A stretch of DNA of 64,000 bases from an uncultured Anaerolineales bacterium (GCA_937952305.1 CALFZO010000166.1:1487-65486), one strand, 5' to 3'; positions 8,713-17,987 are shown, counted from the stretch's first letter. Numbers and translations are program-made. The notes: generated by a model not told the origin, from the letters alone.

Positions 8713-9435
8713 ATGCCTGAAGCCCGCGAACGCCACCGCATCCTGGTCGTGGACGATGAGCCGCGCATGATCCGGTTCATCCGCCTGAACCTCGAGCACG
8801 ACGGTTTCGAGGTGGTGGAGGCGGCGGACGGCCTGGCCGCTCTCAAGCAGGTGCGCGACACGCTGCCGGACCTGGTGCTGCTGGACGTGGCCATGCCGGA
8901 GCTGGACGGCTTTGAGACCCTGCGCCTGCTGCGCGAAGTGGCCAGCGTGCCCGTGATCATGCTGACGGCGCGCGCCGAGGAGGATGACCGGGTACGCGGC
9001 CTGGAGCTGGGCGCCGACGACTACGTCACCAAGCCCTTCAGCCCGCGCGAGCTGGTCAGCCGGGTCCGGGCGGTGCTGCGCCGGACCGAATCACCCGCGC
9101 CGGCCGAGAAATCCACGCTGACGATCGACGACCGGTTGAGCATCAACTTCGACCGGCGCGAGGTCCTCGCCAACGGCCAGCCCGTGAAGCTCCGCCCCAC
9201 CGAGTACCGGCTGCTCTATCACCTCGTGCAGAACGCCGGCTGGGTGGTGCCGCACGACCAGCTGCTGGCCAAGGTCTGGGGCTACGAGTATCGCGAGGAG
9301 ACGCACTACCTGCGGCTGTATATCAACTACCTGCGCCAAAAACTTGAGCCGGATCCCGCCAATCCCCGCTACATCCTGACGGAGCGCGGCGTCGGCTATC
9401 GTTTCGTCGATTTCCGGCGCGCCGACAAGAATTAG
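8713..9435 (+). CDS. OmpR/KdpE-family two-component response regulator
   Basis: [16 protein letters not shown] (phospho-Asp), [14 protein letters not shown], and winged-helix C-terminus ERGVGYRF. Confidence 0.95.
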   Translation: MPEARERHRILVVDDEPRMIRFIRLNLEHDGFEVVEAADGLAALKQVRDTLPDLVLLDVAMPELDGFETLRLLREVASVPVIMLTARAEEDDRVRGLELGADDYVTKPFSPRELVSRVRAVLRRTESPAPAEKSTLTIDDRLSINFDRREVLANGQPVKLRPTEYRLLYHLVQNAGWVVPHDQLLAKVWGYEYREETHYLRLYINYLRQKLEPDPANPRYILTERGVGYRFVDFRRADKN

Positions 9436-9490
9436 CCGTCGGGCGAGCGCGCCGCCCACCCAACCACCCAACAGAGTCGAGGTAAAACGC

Positions 9491-10645
9491 ATGAGACAAG
9501 CCGCCGCATCACCCATTTGGAGATGGTTACTCATCATCCTCATCGTCCTGCTCGTCGGCGTGCCGGCCGTGCTGGCCGTCACCAGCCAGTTCGCCTATTT
9601 CCTGGAGAGGGTGGAACCGCAAGAGGTGGGCGTGCAGTTTCAGGGCGGCCAGATCAAGGGTATCGTCGGGCCGGGCGTCTACAGCGACTTCGGCCTGTAC
9701 GTCGAGTTGAAGCGCGTGTCCAGCCAGGCCATCCCGTTCAACGTGCGCGACGAGGAGATCATCACCAAGGACAAGCAGCGCATTGGCCTGGTGGTCACCG
9801 GCGACGCGCTGCGGCCCGGCATCGCGCGCACCGACGTGCTGCTGGCGAACTGGGCCCAGTACAGCCAGCTCTACCTAGACGACATCGTCGCCCAGGAGCG
9901 CGTCAAGGCGCTGGCCCAGCAGGCCATGAAGGTCTGCGTCGGCGAGCGCCCGTTCGACGACGCCATCATCGGCACGGCCCGCGACGAGCTGCGCAACTGC
10001 ATCGACGAGGAGTTGAGCAAACTGGCCGAGATCTACGGCTTCGTCATCCAGAACGTGGTGGTGCCGGAAGTGGTCCTCTCGCCGGAGGTCCAGGCCGCGC
10101 TGGACGCCATCGTCCAGAGCCGGCTGGAGACCGAGAAGGCCGCCCAAGACAAGCTGCGGGCCGAGGCCCAGGCGCAGGCCGAACAGGCCCGCCAGGAAGG
10201 CGAGATCCGCGTGGAGCAGAGCCGCATCCAGGAGGAGACCAAGCAGCAGACCATCCTGGCCCAGCTGGAGCGCGATAAGATCCAGGCCCAGCAAGCCGTG
10301 ATCCAGGCCGAGAAAGCCAACGAGCTGGCCCGCGTGGAAGCCGAACGCCAGATCATCGAGGCGCAGAAGTCCAACGACCTGTTCGCGGCGCAGCAAGACC
10401 TGGAGATCAACCGCGCGCTGGCCCTGGCCGCGACCGAGAAGGCCAAGGCCGACCTGGCCATGCAGCTGGCCTTGGCCGAGATCTACGCCGAGAACCCGGC
10501 CTACCTGCAGCTCCAGATCGCCCAGGCCAACGCCAGCGCTCTGCAGCCCACCGACAAGATCATCTTCACACCCGAGGGCACGACGCCCACGATCGTCCTG
10601 CCCGGCCCGGGCATCACGCCCACCGTCAACACCGAGCCGCGTTAA
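9491..10645 (+). CDS. SPFH (band-7/flotillin-like) membrane protein
   Basis: N-terminal TM helix, SPFH-like core (IITKDKQRI...GFVIQNVVV) and a long A/E/Q-rich coiled coil. Confidence 0.85.
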   Translation: MRQAAASPIWRWLLIILIVLLVGVPAVLAVTSQFAYFLERVEPQEVGVQFQGGQIKGIVGPGVYSDFGLYVELKRVSSQAIPFNVRDEEIITKDKQRIGLVVTGDALRPGIARTDVLLANWAQYSQLYLDDIVAQERVKALAQQAMKVCVGERPFDDAIIGTARDELRNCIDEELSKLAEIYGFVIQNVVVPEVVLSPEVQAALDAIVQSRLETEKAAQDKLRAEAQAQAEQARQEGEIRVEQSRIQEETKQQTILAQLERDKIQAQQAVIQAEKANELARVEAERQIIEAQKSNDLFAAQQDLEINRALALAATEKAKADLAMQLALAEIYAENPAYLQLQIAQANASALQPTDKIIFTPEGTTPTIVLPGPGITPTVNTEPR

Positions 10646-10663
10646 CGCGCGCGTGACTGAATC

Positions 10664-10693
10664 AAAAGGGCGGGCCGTGCGGCCCGCCCTTTT
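10664..10693. terminator. Bidirectional intrinsic terminator
   Basis: AAAAGGGCGGGCCG-TG-CGGCCCGCCCTTTT perfect inverted repeat between convergent genes. Confidence 0.85.
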
Positions 10694-10713
10694 GGGTTGC
10701 CAGCCCTCAGCGC

Positions 10714-12783
10714 TCAGCGGCGGCGCGTCGCCTTGGGACGCGCCGCCGGGCCGCAGTGGCGGTCGAACCAGGCCAGCATGCGGTCCAGCCGGTCCACGCG
10801 GTGCAGCGGCTCGCCGGAGCGCGACATCTCATGGCCTTCGCGCGGGTAGCGGATGAAGATCACTGTGCGCTTGAGGCGCTTCAACGCGGCATAGAGCTGT
10901 TCGGCCTCAGACACTGGGCAGCGGTAGTCCTGGTCCTGGTGTTCGATGGCCAGCGGCGTGCGGATGCCGCGCACATAGGCCAGCGGCGACTGCTTCCAGA
11001 GCTTCTCCAAATCGTCGAAGCCCAGCGTCTCGAACTCGCGCTCCACCAGCTGCGGGATGTCGCTGGTGCCGAAGAACGAAGTCAGGTTGTACAGGCCGCG
11101 CTGCGCCCAGGCGCAGGCGAAGCGCTGGTCGCGGCTGACGATCCAGGCCGTCATGTAGCCGGCGTAGCTGCCGCCGGTGAGCGCCAGCCGGCGCTCGTCC
11201 ACAAACCCCTGGGCCACCACCTGCTCCACCCCGGACAGGATGTCGTGCATGACGTGGTCACCCCAGTCGTTGCGGATGATGAGCGAGTGCGCCTCGCCGT
11301 AGCCGTCCGAGCCGCGCGGGTTGCAGAAGTAAACGGCGTAGCCGCGCGCGGCCTGCAGCTGCCATTCAAACCACATGGCCGGGATGGACGGCCCCCACAT
11401 CACCCACGGCCCGCCGTGCATGCTCACCACCAGCGGGACCTTCTGGCCGCGGCGCAGGCCGGGCGGCTTGAGCAGCCAGCCCTGGATGCGGCGGCCGTCC
11501 GGGGCCGTGTGCCAGACTTCCTCGATCGGGGCGACCTGGCGGCCGGCCAGGAATTGGTCATTGAAGCGCGTCAGACGCTGCTCGGCGCGGCCAGCCGGGT
11601 TGGTCAGGTAGACGTCGCCGGGCCGCTCCGGCGTATTGGCCACAAACGCGATCGCGCCGGCCTGATCCAGGCTGAAGGACAGCAGATTGCGCCGGCCCTT
11701 AACCACCGCTTCGATCTTGTCGCCGGCCAGGCTGGCGCGATACAGGTGCGTGCTGCCGCGGTCGTTGACCAGAAAGTAGATCCAGTGTGAATCAGCCGAC
11801 CAGCGGAAATCCCCAACGCCGCGGTCAAAACTGAAGGTCAACTCGCGGGCGGCGCCGCCGCCCACCGGCAGAACCGCCAGCCGTGCGCGCTGGCCCCACG
11901 AGCCCTCGTCCGGCGTCCGCACCGTGGCAATCCAGCGCCCATCCGGCGAGACCCGGGCGTCGAAGTAATCAAAGCCAGGGTTGGTCAGGAACTTGTACGG
12001 TTTGCGGCCCTTGGCCGGCACCGGCACGCGCACCACCGCCCGGTAGTTCCACGGGTCGTGCTCGGGCTCGCGGCCCTGGATGGAGAGGAGGGCGGCGCCG
12101 TCCTTCGTCCACGTGATCGTGTCGAAGTCCAGTTCGCCATCGGTCAGCCGGCGCGCCGGCCCGGGCGCCGGCTCCGGCGTCGACGGGACCGCGATCACAT
12201 AGACGTGCGTGCGTCGGTCGTCGAAGAACTCGGTGCCGGAGCGGTACGGCAGGCGCGTGATGACGCGCGGGTCGGACTTCTTCTTCTCGGCGTCGTCCTG
12301 GCGCTCTTTGCGCTGGCGCGCCTCCAGGGCGTCGGCTGGCGGCGGCGCCGCGGTGCCGGCGTCCTCTTTTGCGCGCTCCTCGGCGTTGACGTCCGCCAGG
12401 AAGGCCAGGCGCCGGCCGTCCGGACTCCAGACCGGGTTGCGCGCGCCGTTGGGCTGGGCCGTGAGCGGCCGGGCCTCGCCGCCGGCCACGTCGATCAGGT
12501 GGATCTGCGGCCGGTCGCCGCGCGCCGACACAAAGGCCAGCGTCCGGCTGTCCGGCGACCAGCGTGGCTGCGTGTCCGACTTCGGCCCAAACGTGAACTG
12601 GCGCGGCTTGGCCGACCGGTCGGCCAGATCAATCAGCCAGATGTGGCGCTCATACTGGTTGCCCAAGCGGTCGATCGTCACGCGGACGAAGGCCAGGCGC
12701 CGGCCGTCCGGGCTGATTTGCGCGTCTTCGACCGATTGCAGTTCATACAGGTCTGGAGCGGTGAAAGGTTGTGGGGTGGCCAA
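10714..12783 (-). CDS. S9-family peptidase (acylaminoacyl/dipeptidyl aminopeptidase) with N-terminal beta-propeller
   Basis: PD40-like repeats (PRWSPDG), GGSYAG nucleophile, QDYRCP Asp and EGHEMSR His. TTG start after AGGAG. Confidence 0.92.
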   Translation of the reverse strand: MATPQPFTAPDLYELQSVEDAQISPDGRRLAFVRVTIDRLGNQYERHIWLIDLADRSAKPRQFTFGPKSDTQPRWSPDSRTLAFVSARGDRPQIHLIDVAGGEARPLTAQPNGARNPVWSPDGRRLAFLADVNAEERAKEDAGTAAPPPADALEARQRKERQDDAEKKKSDPRVITRLPYRSGTEFFDDRRTHVYVIAVPSTPEPAPGPARRLTDGELDFDTITWTKDGAALLSIQGREPEHDPWNYRAVVRVPVPAKGRKPYKFLTNPGFDYFDARVSPDGRWIATVRTPDEGSWGQRARLAVLPVGGGAARELTFSFDRGVGDFRWSADSHWIYFLVNDRGSTHLYRASLAGDKIEAVVKGRRNLLSFSLDQAGAIAFVANTPERPGDVYLTNPAGRAEQRLTRFNDQFLAGRQVAPIEEVWHTAPDGRRIQGWLLKPPGLRRGQKVPLVVSMHGGPWVMWGPSIPAMWFEWQLQAARGYAVYFCNPRGSDGYGEAHSLIIRNDWGDHVMHDILSGVEQVVAQGFVDERRLALTGGSYAGYMTAWIVSRDQRFACAWAQRGLYNLTSFFGTSDIPQLVEREFETLGFDDLEKLWKQSPLAYVRGIRTPLAIEHQDQDYRCPVSEAEQLYAALKRLKRTVIFIRYPREGHEMSRSGEPLHRVDRLDRMLAWFDRHCGPAARPKATRRR

Positions 12784-12829
12784 TGCGGGCTCCTATCTGT
12801 GAACGCCGGGCGGGCGGGCCGAGGGCCGC

Positions 12830-13207
12830 TCACTCGCCCAGCGGTTTGTAGAGTGGTTGGTCCTTGGCCCGGGCGCGGCACTCCGGGCACGGGCAGAGTT
12901 CGCGCAGGTACGGCCAGGTATACAGGCCGGTCTTGTGGCCGTCAGTCCACTCCGGCGCCAGGGCGTAGTTGCCCACCGGCTCCAGGCGCGCGATCTCATA
13001 GCTCTTGGCGCGGGCGAGCGGGATCGTCAGCAGCAGATTGTCGACGTCCGGGGGCTTGCCCATGTTGTCATGGCCGCCGCGGCACTCGACGCACGGGCAG
13101 CCTTCGCGCAGGAAGTCCCAAGGGTAGGTGCTGTGGTGGCCGTCATCCCAGGCCACGTTCAGCAGTCGTTTTCCACGATCGAGGGTGAGGGCAGTTGGTC
13201 TTGGCAT
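12830..13207 (-). CDS. DUF971 / gamma-butyrobetaine hydroxylase N-terminal-like metal-binding protein
   Basis: L.v.WDDGH.S.YPW..LR..CPC.EC and VGNYAL...WTDGH.TGLYTW.YLR.LCPC motifs. Confidence 0.85.
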   Translation of the reverse strand: MPRPTALTLDRGKRLLNVAWDDGHHSTYPWDFLREGCPCVECRGGHDNMGKPPDVDNLLLTIPLARAKSYEIARLEPVGNYALAPEWTDGHKTGLYTWPYLRELCPCPECRARAKDQPLYKPLGE

Positions 13208-13238
13208 AGCGGTTGGATTCGGACAGGAGGGCTGGCGC

Positions 13239-13760
13239 TCAGGGGCCCTGGACGACCTGTAAGTAGTTCTGAACACCCCAGCCGAAACGTGAGCCGGTGG
13301 CGGGGTCCACCAAGTACCACCAGACGAAGCCGTCCGCTTCGGTCGGGCCGGCCTGCACCTGGAAGACCTCGCGCTCGAGGGCCAGATAGTTGACGCCGGC
13401 CTGCAGGCTCGGCTCCGAGCGCAGGTTCAGGAAACCGGCATCGCCGGTCCCGGTGACCTGGACGTAGGCGCCGATCTGGACGTCGCCGGGCGGAGGCGCC
13501 GGCGGGGTTGCGGTGGGTGGTTCGGCCACGCCCCCCGGAGGCGTAATCGGAACGGCCGGCGCGGTGGCGGCGGCCGGGACGGCGGGCGCCGTCACCAGCG
13601 CCACGGTCGCGGTCGGCCGCGGGAGGTCGGCGCTGCGCGTCAACGCGGCGGCGGCCGCGAAGACGAGCGCGGCCAGCAGGCAGGCCGCCGCCACCAGTCC
13701 CAGCAGCCACCAGGGGATAAAGCCGGCCGAGTCGCGCGGCGGCGGCGCTGCGGATCGCAC
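13239..13760 (-). CDS. Membrane-anchored protein with C-terminal SH3b-like domain
   Basis: TM helix (WWLLGLVAAACLLAALVFAAAA), P/A/T-rich linker, then LNLRSEPS...V..GP.EADGFVWW.L pattern. Confidence 0.7.
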   Translation of the reverse strand: MRSAAPPPRDSAGFIPWWLLGLVAAACLLAALVFAAAAALTRSADLPRPTATVALVTAPAVPAAATAPAVPITPPGGVAEPPTATPPAPPPGDVQIGAYVQVTGTGDAGFLNLRSEPSLQAGVNYLALEREVFQVQAGPTEADGFVWWYLVDPATGSRFGWGVQNYLQVVQGP

Positions 13761-13763
13761 GGG

Positions 13764-15050
13764 TCAGGCCTCGGCGTCGAAACGCGCCACCAGGACGGTG
13801 ATGTCGTCGAAGGCCGGCGCGTCGCCGCGAAACTCAAAGACGTCGTTGAAGATGGCCGAGCACACGATCTTGGCCGAGGCCGTGCGCTGGCGCTCCACCA
13901 GGGCCACCAGGCGCTCTTCCGTGTAGGCGTTGTTGTCGCGGTCCACGGCGTCCGGCACCCCATCGGAGTAGGCCACCAACAGGTCGCCGGGCCGCAGGTC
14001 CACCTGACGCTCCTCCAGGCTGAGGTCCGGCCACATGCCCAGGAAGCGCCCATCCGCGTCCAGGTGCTCCGGCGGGCCGCCGGCGGCCCGGAAGAGCAGC
14101 GGCTTGTCCTGGCCGGCGCGCACATAGCGCAGGCGGCCGGTGTTCACGTCCAGGAGGCCATAGAAGACGGTGACGAACATGTCGTCGTTGGTGGAGACTT
14201 CCATCAGGCCGTTGTGCACGGCCAGCGCCACCTCGGCCGGCGACAGGCTGCGCCGGGCATGGGCCAGAAAGAGCGTGCGGGTGACGGCCATGATCAGGGC
14301 GGCGTGGACGCTCTTGTCTGAGACATCGGCCATCAGCAGACCAAGATGGTCGTCGTCCACGCGGATCACGTCATACAGGTCGCCGCCGACGTGGCGGGCC
14401 GGCACGTTGCGGCCGAAAAACGAATAGCCCTGGGCGGCCGGAAACTTGGACGGCAGCAAGCTGCGCTGAACCTCGCCCGCGATCTCCATCTCGTGCTCGA
14501 GCTTCTCCTTTTGCACCAGCTCGGCCTGGGCGGCCTTGAGCTCGTCGTAGGCGCGCCGCAGCTCGTCGTTCTTGCGCGTCAGATCGGCGATGGTGGCCTG
14601 GCCGGAGGCGCGCACATTCGAGACGAAGCGCCGGATCATGGCCATGGCCAGCTGCGGGCTGTTGCTGAGCAGCTGCTGGAACTCGTCTTCCGAGATCTCC
14701 AGCAGCGTGGACTTGGTCGTGGTGGTGACGGTGGCCGTGCGCGCCTTCTTCTCCAGCAGGGCCATCTCGCCGAAGAACTCGCCGGGGCCGCGCATCGTCA
14801 GCAGCCGCTTGGCGTGATCGCCAAGCTTCTGGGTGATCTCCACCTGGCCGTCGGCGACGATGTAGAAGATGTGCTCCAGCTCGCCTTCATAACAGAGGGT
14901 GTGCTCGGCCGGATAGACTTGCGCCACGCAGGCGGCGGTCAGCGCCTGCACATCGGCTTCGGCGACGCCCGGAAACGCCTGGCGGAGGATGGCCGGGATA
15001 TCGGGCGCGGTACGGAGCGGGGCGCCGTCAGATTGGTTGGCTTGAGTCAT
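13764..15050 (-). CDS. cNMP-binding domain + coiled coil + SpoIIE/RsbU-type PP2C phosphatase
   Basis: FFGEMALL...RTATV cyclic-nucleotide cassette; VGGDLYD, MADVSDK, YSDGVPD and DDITV phosphatase motifs. Confidence 0.92.
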   Translation of the reverse strand: MTQANQSDGAPLRTAPDIPAILRQAFPGVAEADVQALTAACVAQVYPAEHTLCYEGELEHIFYIVADGQVEITQKLGDHAKRLLTMRGPGEFFGEMALLEKKARTATVTTTTKSTLLEISEDEFQQLLSNSPQLAMAMIRRFVSNVRASGQATIADLTRKNDELRRAYDELKAAQAELVQKEKLEHEMEIAGEVQRSLLPSKFPAAQGYSFFGRNVPARHVGGDLYDVIRVDDDHLGLLMADVSDKSVHAALIMAVTRTLFLAHARRSLSPAEVALAVHNGLMEVSTNDDMFVTVFYGLLDVNTGRLRYVRAGQDKPLLFRAAGGPPEHLDADGRFLGMWPDLSLEERQVDLRPGDLLVAYSDGVPDAVDRDNNAYTEERLVALVERQRTASAKIVCSAIFNDVFEFRGDAPAFDDITVLVARFDAEA

Positions 15051-15069
15051 GGCTGGCGCTCCCCGACGC

Positions 15070-17106
15070 TTAACCCCGGCGCTTGGCGGGCTTGGCGCCG
15101 CGCCCGGCGGTCGTCGGCTTCTTGGGCTTAGGGTTGGCCTTGGCCGGCTGGCTCGGCCGCGCCGAGGCGTTGCCGCCCTTGGCCTTGGTCTTGGTCTTGG
15201 ACGAGGCCGCGGCCGCCGCGCCCTGGCTGGCGGCGGGCTTAGCGGGCTTAGCGGGTTTGGCCGGTTTGGCGTTGGGACGAGCCGGGGCCGCCGCCTTGCC
15301 GATGGCCGGCGGAGCTTCAGCCGGAGCAGCGGCGGGGGCCGGCGCCGAACTCAATTCCGCCGGGCGGGCCGTGCGCGGGCGCCGGTGGCCGCGTTCATCC
15401 AGCCATTGCAGCAGCCGTTCGATCGGCCAGGCGTTGATGACGTTCTCGGCCGTGGCCCAGCCGCGCCGGGCCGTGCCGACTCCGTAGTGGGCGAAGTTGA
15501 AGTGGTCCGGGTGGTGGGCGTCGGTGTTGATGGCCAGCCGGCAGCCCAACTCCAACGCGCGCTTGATGTGGACGTCGTCCAGGTCCAGGCGCTGCGGGTT
15601 GGCGTTGACTTCCAGGGCCACGCCGCTCTCGGCCGCCGCGCGCAGCACGGCCTCCATGTCCAGATCGGCCCCTTCCCGATCCGGCAGCAGGCGGCCGCTG
15701 GGATGGCCGATGATGTCCACGTGCCGGTTGCGGATGGCGTTGAGCAAGCGCTCGGTGATGCGGTGCCGGTCCTGGCGCAAGGAGGTGTGCAGCGAGGCCA
15801 CGACGATATCCAGGTCCTCGAGCACGTCGTCGCTGTAATCCAGGTGGCCGTCGGCGCGGATCTCCACCTCGGCCCCTTGCAGCAGGCTGAAACTGGTGCC
15901 CAGCTCGGCCTGGACGCTGTCGATCTCGCGGCGCTGCTGGCGCAGGCGCTCCACCGTCAGCCCGCCGGTCACCCCCAGGCTCTGGGAGTGGTCGGTGATC
16001 GCCAGGCAGCGCAGGCCGCGGGAGCGCGCCGCCTGAGCCATCTCGCGGATGCTGGCCTGCCCGTCGCTCCACGTCGAATGGGCGTGCAGGTCGCTCTGCA
16101 ATTCGCGCAGCTCCACCAGCTTGGGCAGCTTGCCCAGGCGGGCGGCCTGGATCTCGCCGCGGTCCTCGCGCATTTCCGGCGGGATGTAGGCCAGCCCGAC
16201 CGTGCGGTAGACTTCGGCTTCGGTGGCGCACAAGAGCTCGCCGCCATCTTTGCGCTGGAAGGCGTTCTCGCTCAGCGACAGGCCCTTCTCCAGGGCCAGC
16301 TCCCGGACGCGGACGTTGTGGTCCTTGCTGCCGGAGAAATACTGCAGCGCCGTGCCGAAACGGTCCGGCGACAACACGCGCAGGTCGGCTTGCAGGCCGA
16401 GATCCAGCTCCACCGAAGTCTTGGTGGGGCCTTGGGCCAGCACCCGCGCCACCTGCGGATGGGTGACGAAAGCCGCCATCACCGGCCGGGCATCTTCGGC
16501 GCCCACCAGAAAATCCATGTCGCCGATGGTAGCGCGCATCCGGCGCAGGCTGCCGGCCACTTCGGCGACCTTGACGCCCGGCAGGCCGCGCAGGTACTTG
16601 AGGATATCCTGGGCCACCGGCCAGACCTGCCCGAGCGGCATCCGGCCAGTGGCGTGGCGCCGCGCCTCGATGCCGGTCAGGATCTTGGCCTCGGTCTTTT
16701 CGCCCAGGCCGGCCAGGTTGCGCAGCTTGCCGGTGCGGGCCGCCAATTCCAACTCTGGCAGCGTGGTGACGCCCAGCTTCTTCCAGATCAGGGCCACCCG
16801 CTTGGGGCCGAGGTCCGGCACGGTGAGCAGCTCGGCCAGGCTGACCGGCACCTCCTGCTTCAGACGCTCAAAGAAGGTCAGCCGGCCGGAATTGAGCAGC
16901 TCGTCCACTTTGTCGGCGATGGCCGGGCCGATGCCCGGGATCTCGCGCAGCCCGCCCTCGCGCCAGACGTCGCGGATCGGCCGCGAGAACTCGCGGAAAG
17001 TGTCGGCCGCGCGCCGGTAGGCGAGCACCTTGAAGATGACCTCACCCTTGATCTCCAGCAAATCGGCGATGGTGGCGAAAATGTGGGCGAGTTCTTTGTT
17101 GGTCAT
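15070..17106 (-). CDS. polX: DNA polymerase X / PHP 3'-5' exonuclease with ~105-aa basic low-complexity tail
   Basis: MTNKEL...HhH IPGIG, GSLRR...GDMDFLV and QADLRV catalytic Asps, FSGSKDHN, PHP motifs DLHAH, TDHS, IGHP and NTDAH. Confidence 0.95.
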   Translation of the reverse strand: MTNKELAHIFATIADLLEIKGEVIFKVLAYRRAADTFREFSRPIRDVWREGGLREIPGIGPAIADKVDELLNSGRLTFFERLKQEVPVSLAELLTVPDLGPKRVALIWKKLGVTTLPELELAARTGKLRNLAGLGEKTEAKILTGIEARRHATGRMPLGQVWPVAQDILKYLRGLPGVKVAEVAGSLRRMRATIGDMDFLVGAEDARPVMAAFVTHPQVARVLAQGPTKTSVELDLGLQADLRVLSPDRFGTALQYFSGSKDHNVRVRELALEKGLSLSENAFQRKDGGELLCATEAEVYRTVGLAYIPPEMREDRGEIQAARLGKLPKLVELRELQSDLHAHSTWSDGQASIREMAQAARSRGLRCLAITDHSQSLGVTGGLTVERLRQQRREIDSVQAELGTSFSLLQGAEVEIRADGHLDYSDDVLEDLDIVVASLHTSLRQDRHRITERLLNAIRNRHVDIIGHPSGRLLPDREGADLDMEAVLRAAAESGVALEVNANPQRLDLDDVHIKRALELGCRLAINTDAHHPDHFNFAHYGVGTARRGWATAENVINAWPIERLLQWLDERGHRRPRTARPAELSSAPAPAAAPAEAPPAIGKAAAPARPNAKPAKPAKPAKPAASQGAAAAASSKTKTKAKGGNASARPSQPAKANPKPKKPTTAGRGAKPAKRRG

Positions 17107-17149
17107 AGGGATCCCAACCCGCTGTTCGTCGGCCACAGCCAGGGTGCGC

Positions 17150-17899
17150 TTACTGATTAGGCCCCGCGAAGTTCTGGATCAACAGCCACTGCCGGCCGTT
17201 ATAGCCAATCCCGATGCCGACCGCCACGTAGTTCGGGCTGAGGATATTGCGGGCATGCGGCGGGTCCGTCATGAACCACCCCATGGCCACATCCACAATC
17301 GCCGGCGGACTCTTGATCGAACCGTACCAGTTTTCGCCCAGATAGGGGCTGGTGTAGCCGGCCGCTCGCATCCACTCACGGGCGAGCGGCGCGCCCGTGA
17401 CCGGGTCGTTATGACCAGTGTAACCGCGGGCGACCATGTCGGCGACGCGGGCGCGCGCGATTCCCATCAACGTCTCGTCCCGCGCCAAGGGCGCCACGCC
17501 TGCCGCCGCCCGCTGGGCGTTGATCAAGTCGATGGTGTATTGCTCCGCTGCGGCAGCGTCGCCGTCCAGCCCAGCCGTGGGCGCGACGGGCGTCGGCAGC
17601 GGGGCCTGGACCACTTCCGGCGCGGTCGTGGGCGCCGGCACGATGACGTCTGGCGCGGCGGGCTGGACCAGGGCAGCCACCGCCGTCGCGCTGGGTTCGG
17701 TTGTCGCCGTGGCCGTCGCAGCCAGAACAGGTGTTTCGGTCGCCCTCGGCGTCACTGTCGCCGTAAAGGTCGCCACGGCCATGGCGAACGCTGGTAAGGT
17801 GGCCGTGGCCGCCGGCGTTGGCGTCAACGGCTGGATGGTGCAGGCCGCCAGGCTCAACGCCGTCGCCGCCAGCGCACCAGTCAGGATCGGCCCTTTCAC
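17150..17899 (-). CDS. CAP/SCP-domain lipoprotein
   Basis: Lipobox LAAC at residues 17-20, T/A/P-rich linker, then LINAQR..AG...L, YTGH, GENW and HARNIL motifs. Confidence 0.88.
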   Translation of the reverse strand: MKGPILTGALAATALSLAACTIQPLTPTPAATATLPAFAMAVATFTATVTPRATETPVLAATATATTEPSATAVAALVQPAAPDVIVPAPTTAPEVVQAPLPTPVAPTAGLDGDAAAAEQYTIDLINAQRAAAGVAPLARDETLMGIARARVADMVARGYTGHNDPVTGAPLAREWMRAAGYTSPYLGENWYGSIKSPPAIVDVAMGWFMTDPPHARNILSPNYVAVGIGIGYNGRQWLLIQNFAGPNQ

Positions 17900-17945
17900 G
17901 CGGGGATTATACTGGATTTCAAATCTGACGCCCGTGTTATACTGG
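17897..17945. promoter_or_regulatory. Divergent promoter region between CAP gene and ATL gene
   Basis: Minus strand: TATAAT-ccccgc-GTG (6-nt spacer). Plus strand: TGtTATACT at 17935-17943. TTATACTGG occurs twice (17907 and 17937). Confidence 0.55.
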
Positions 17946-17987
17946 GCTCGCCGCCGGGCCCACCGCCGCCAACTGCTGGAGGCCGGA

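Noticed and set aside
1-9435. Pairing the edge histidine kinase with the response regulator at 8713
   Set aside because: They are 7 kb apart on opposite strands, and nothing in the sequence supports cognate pairing.
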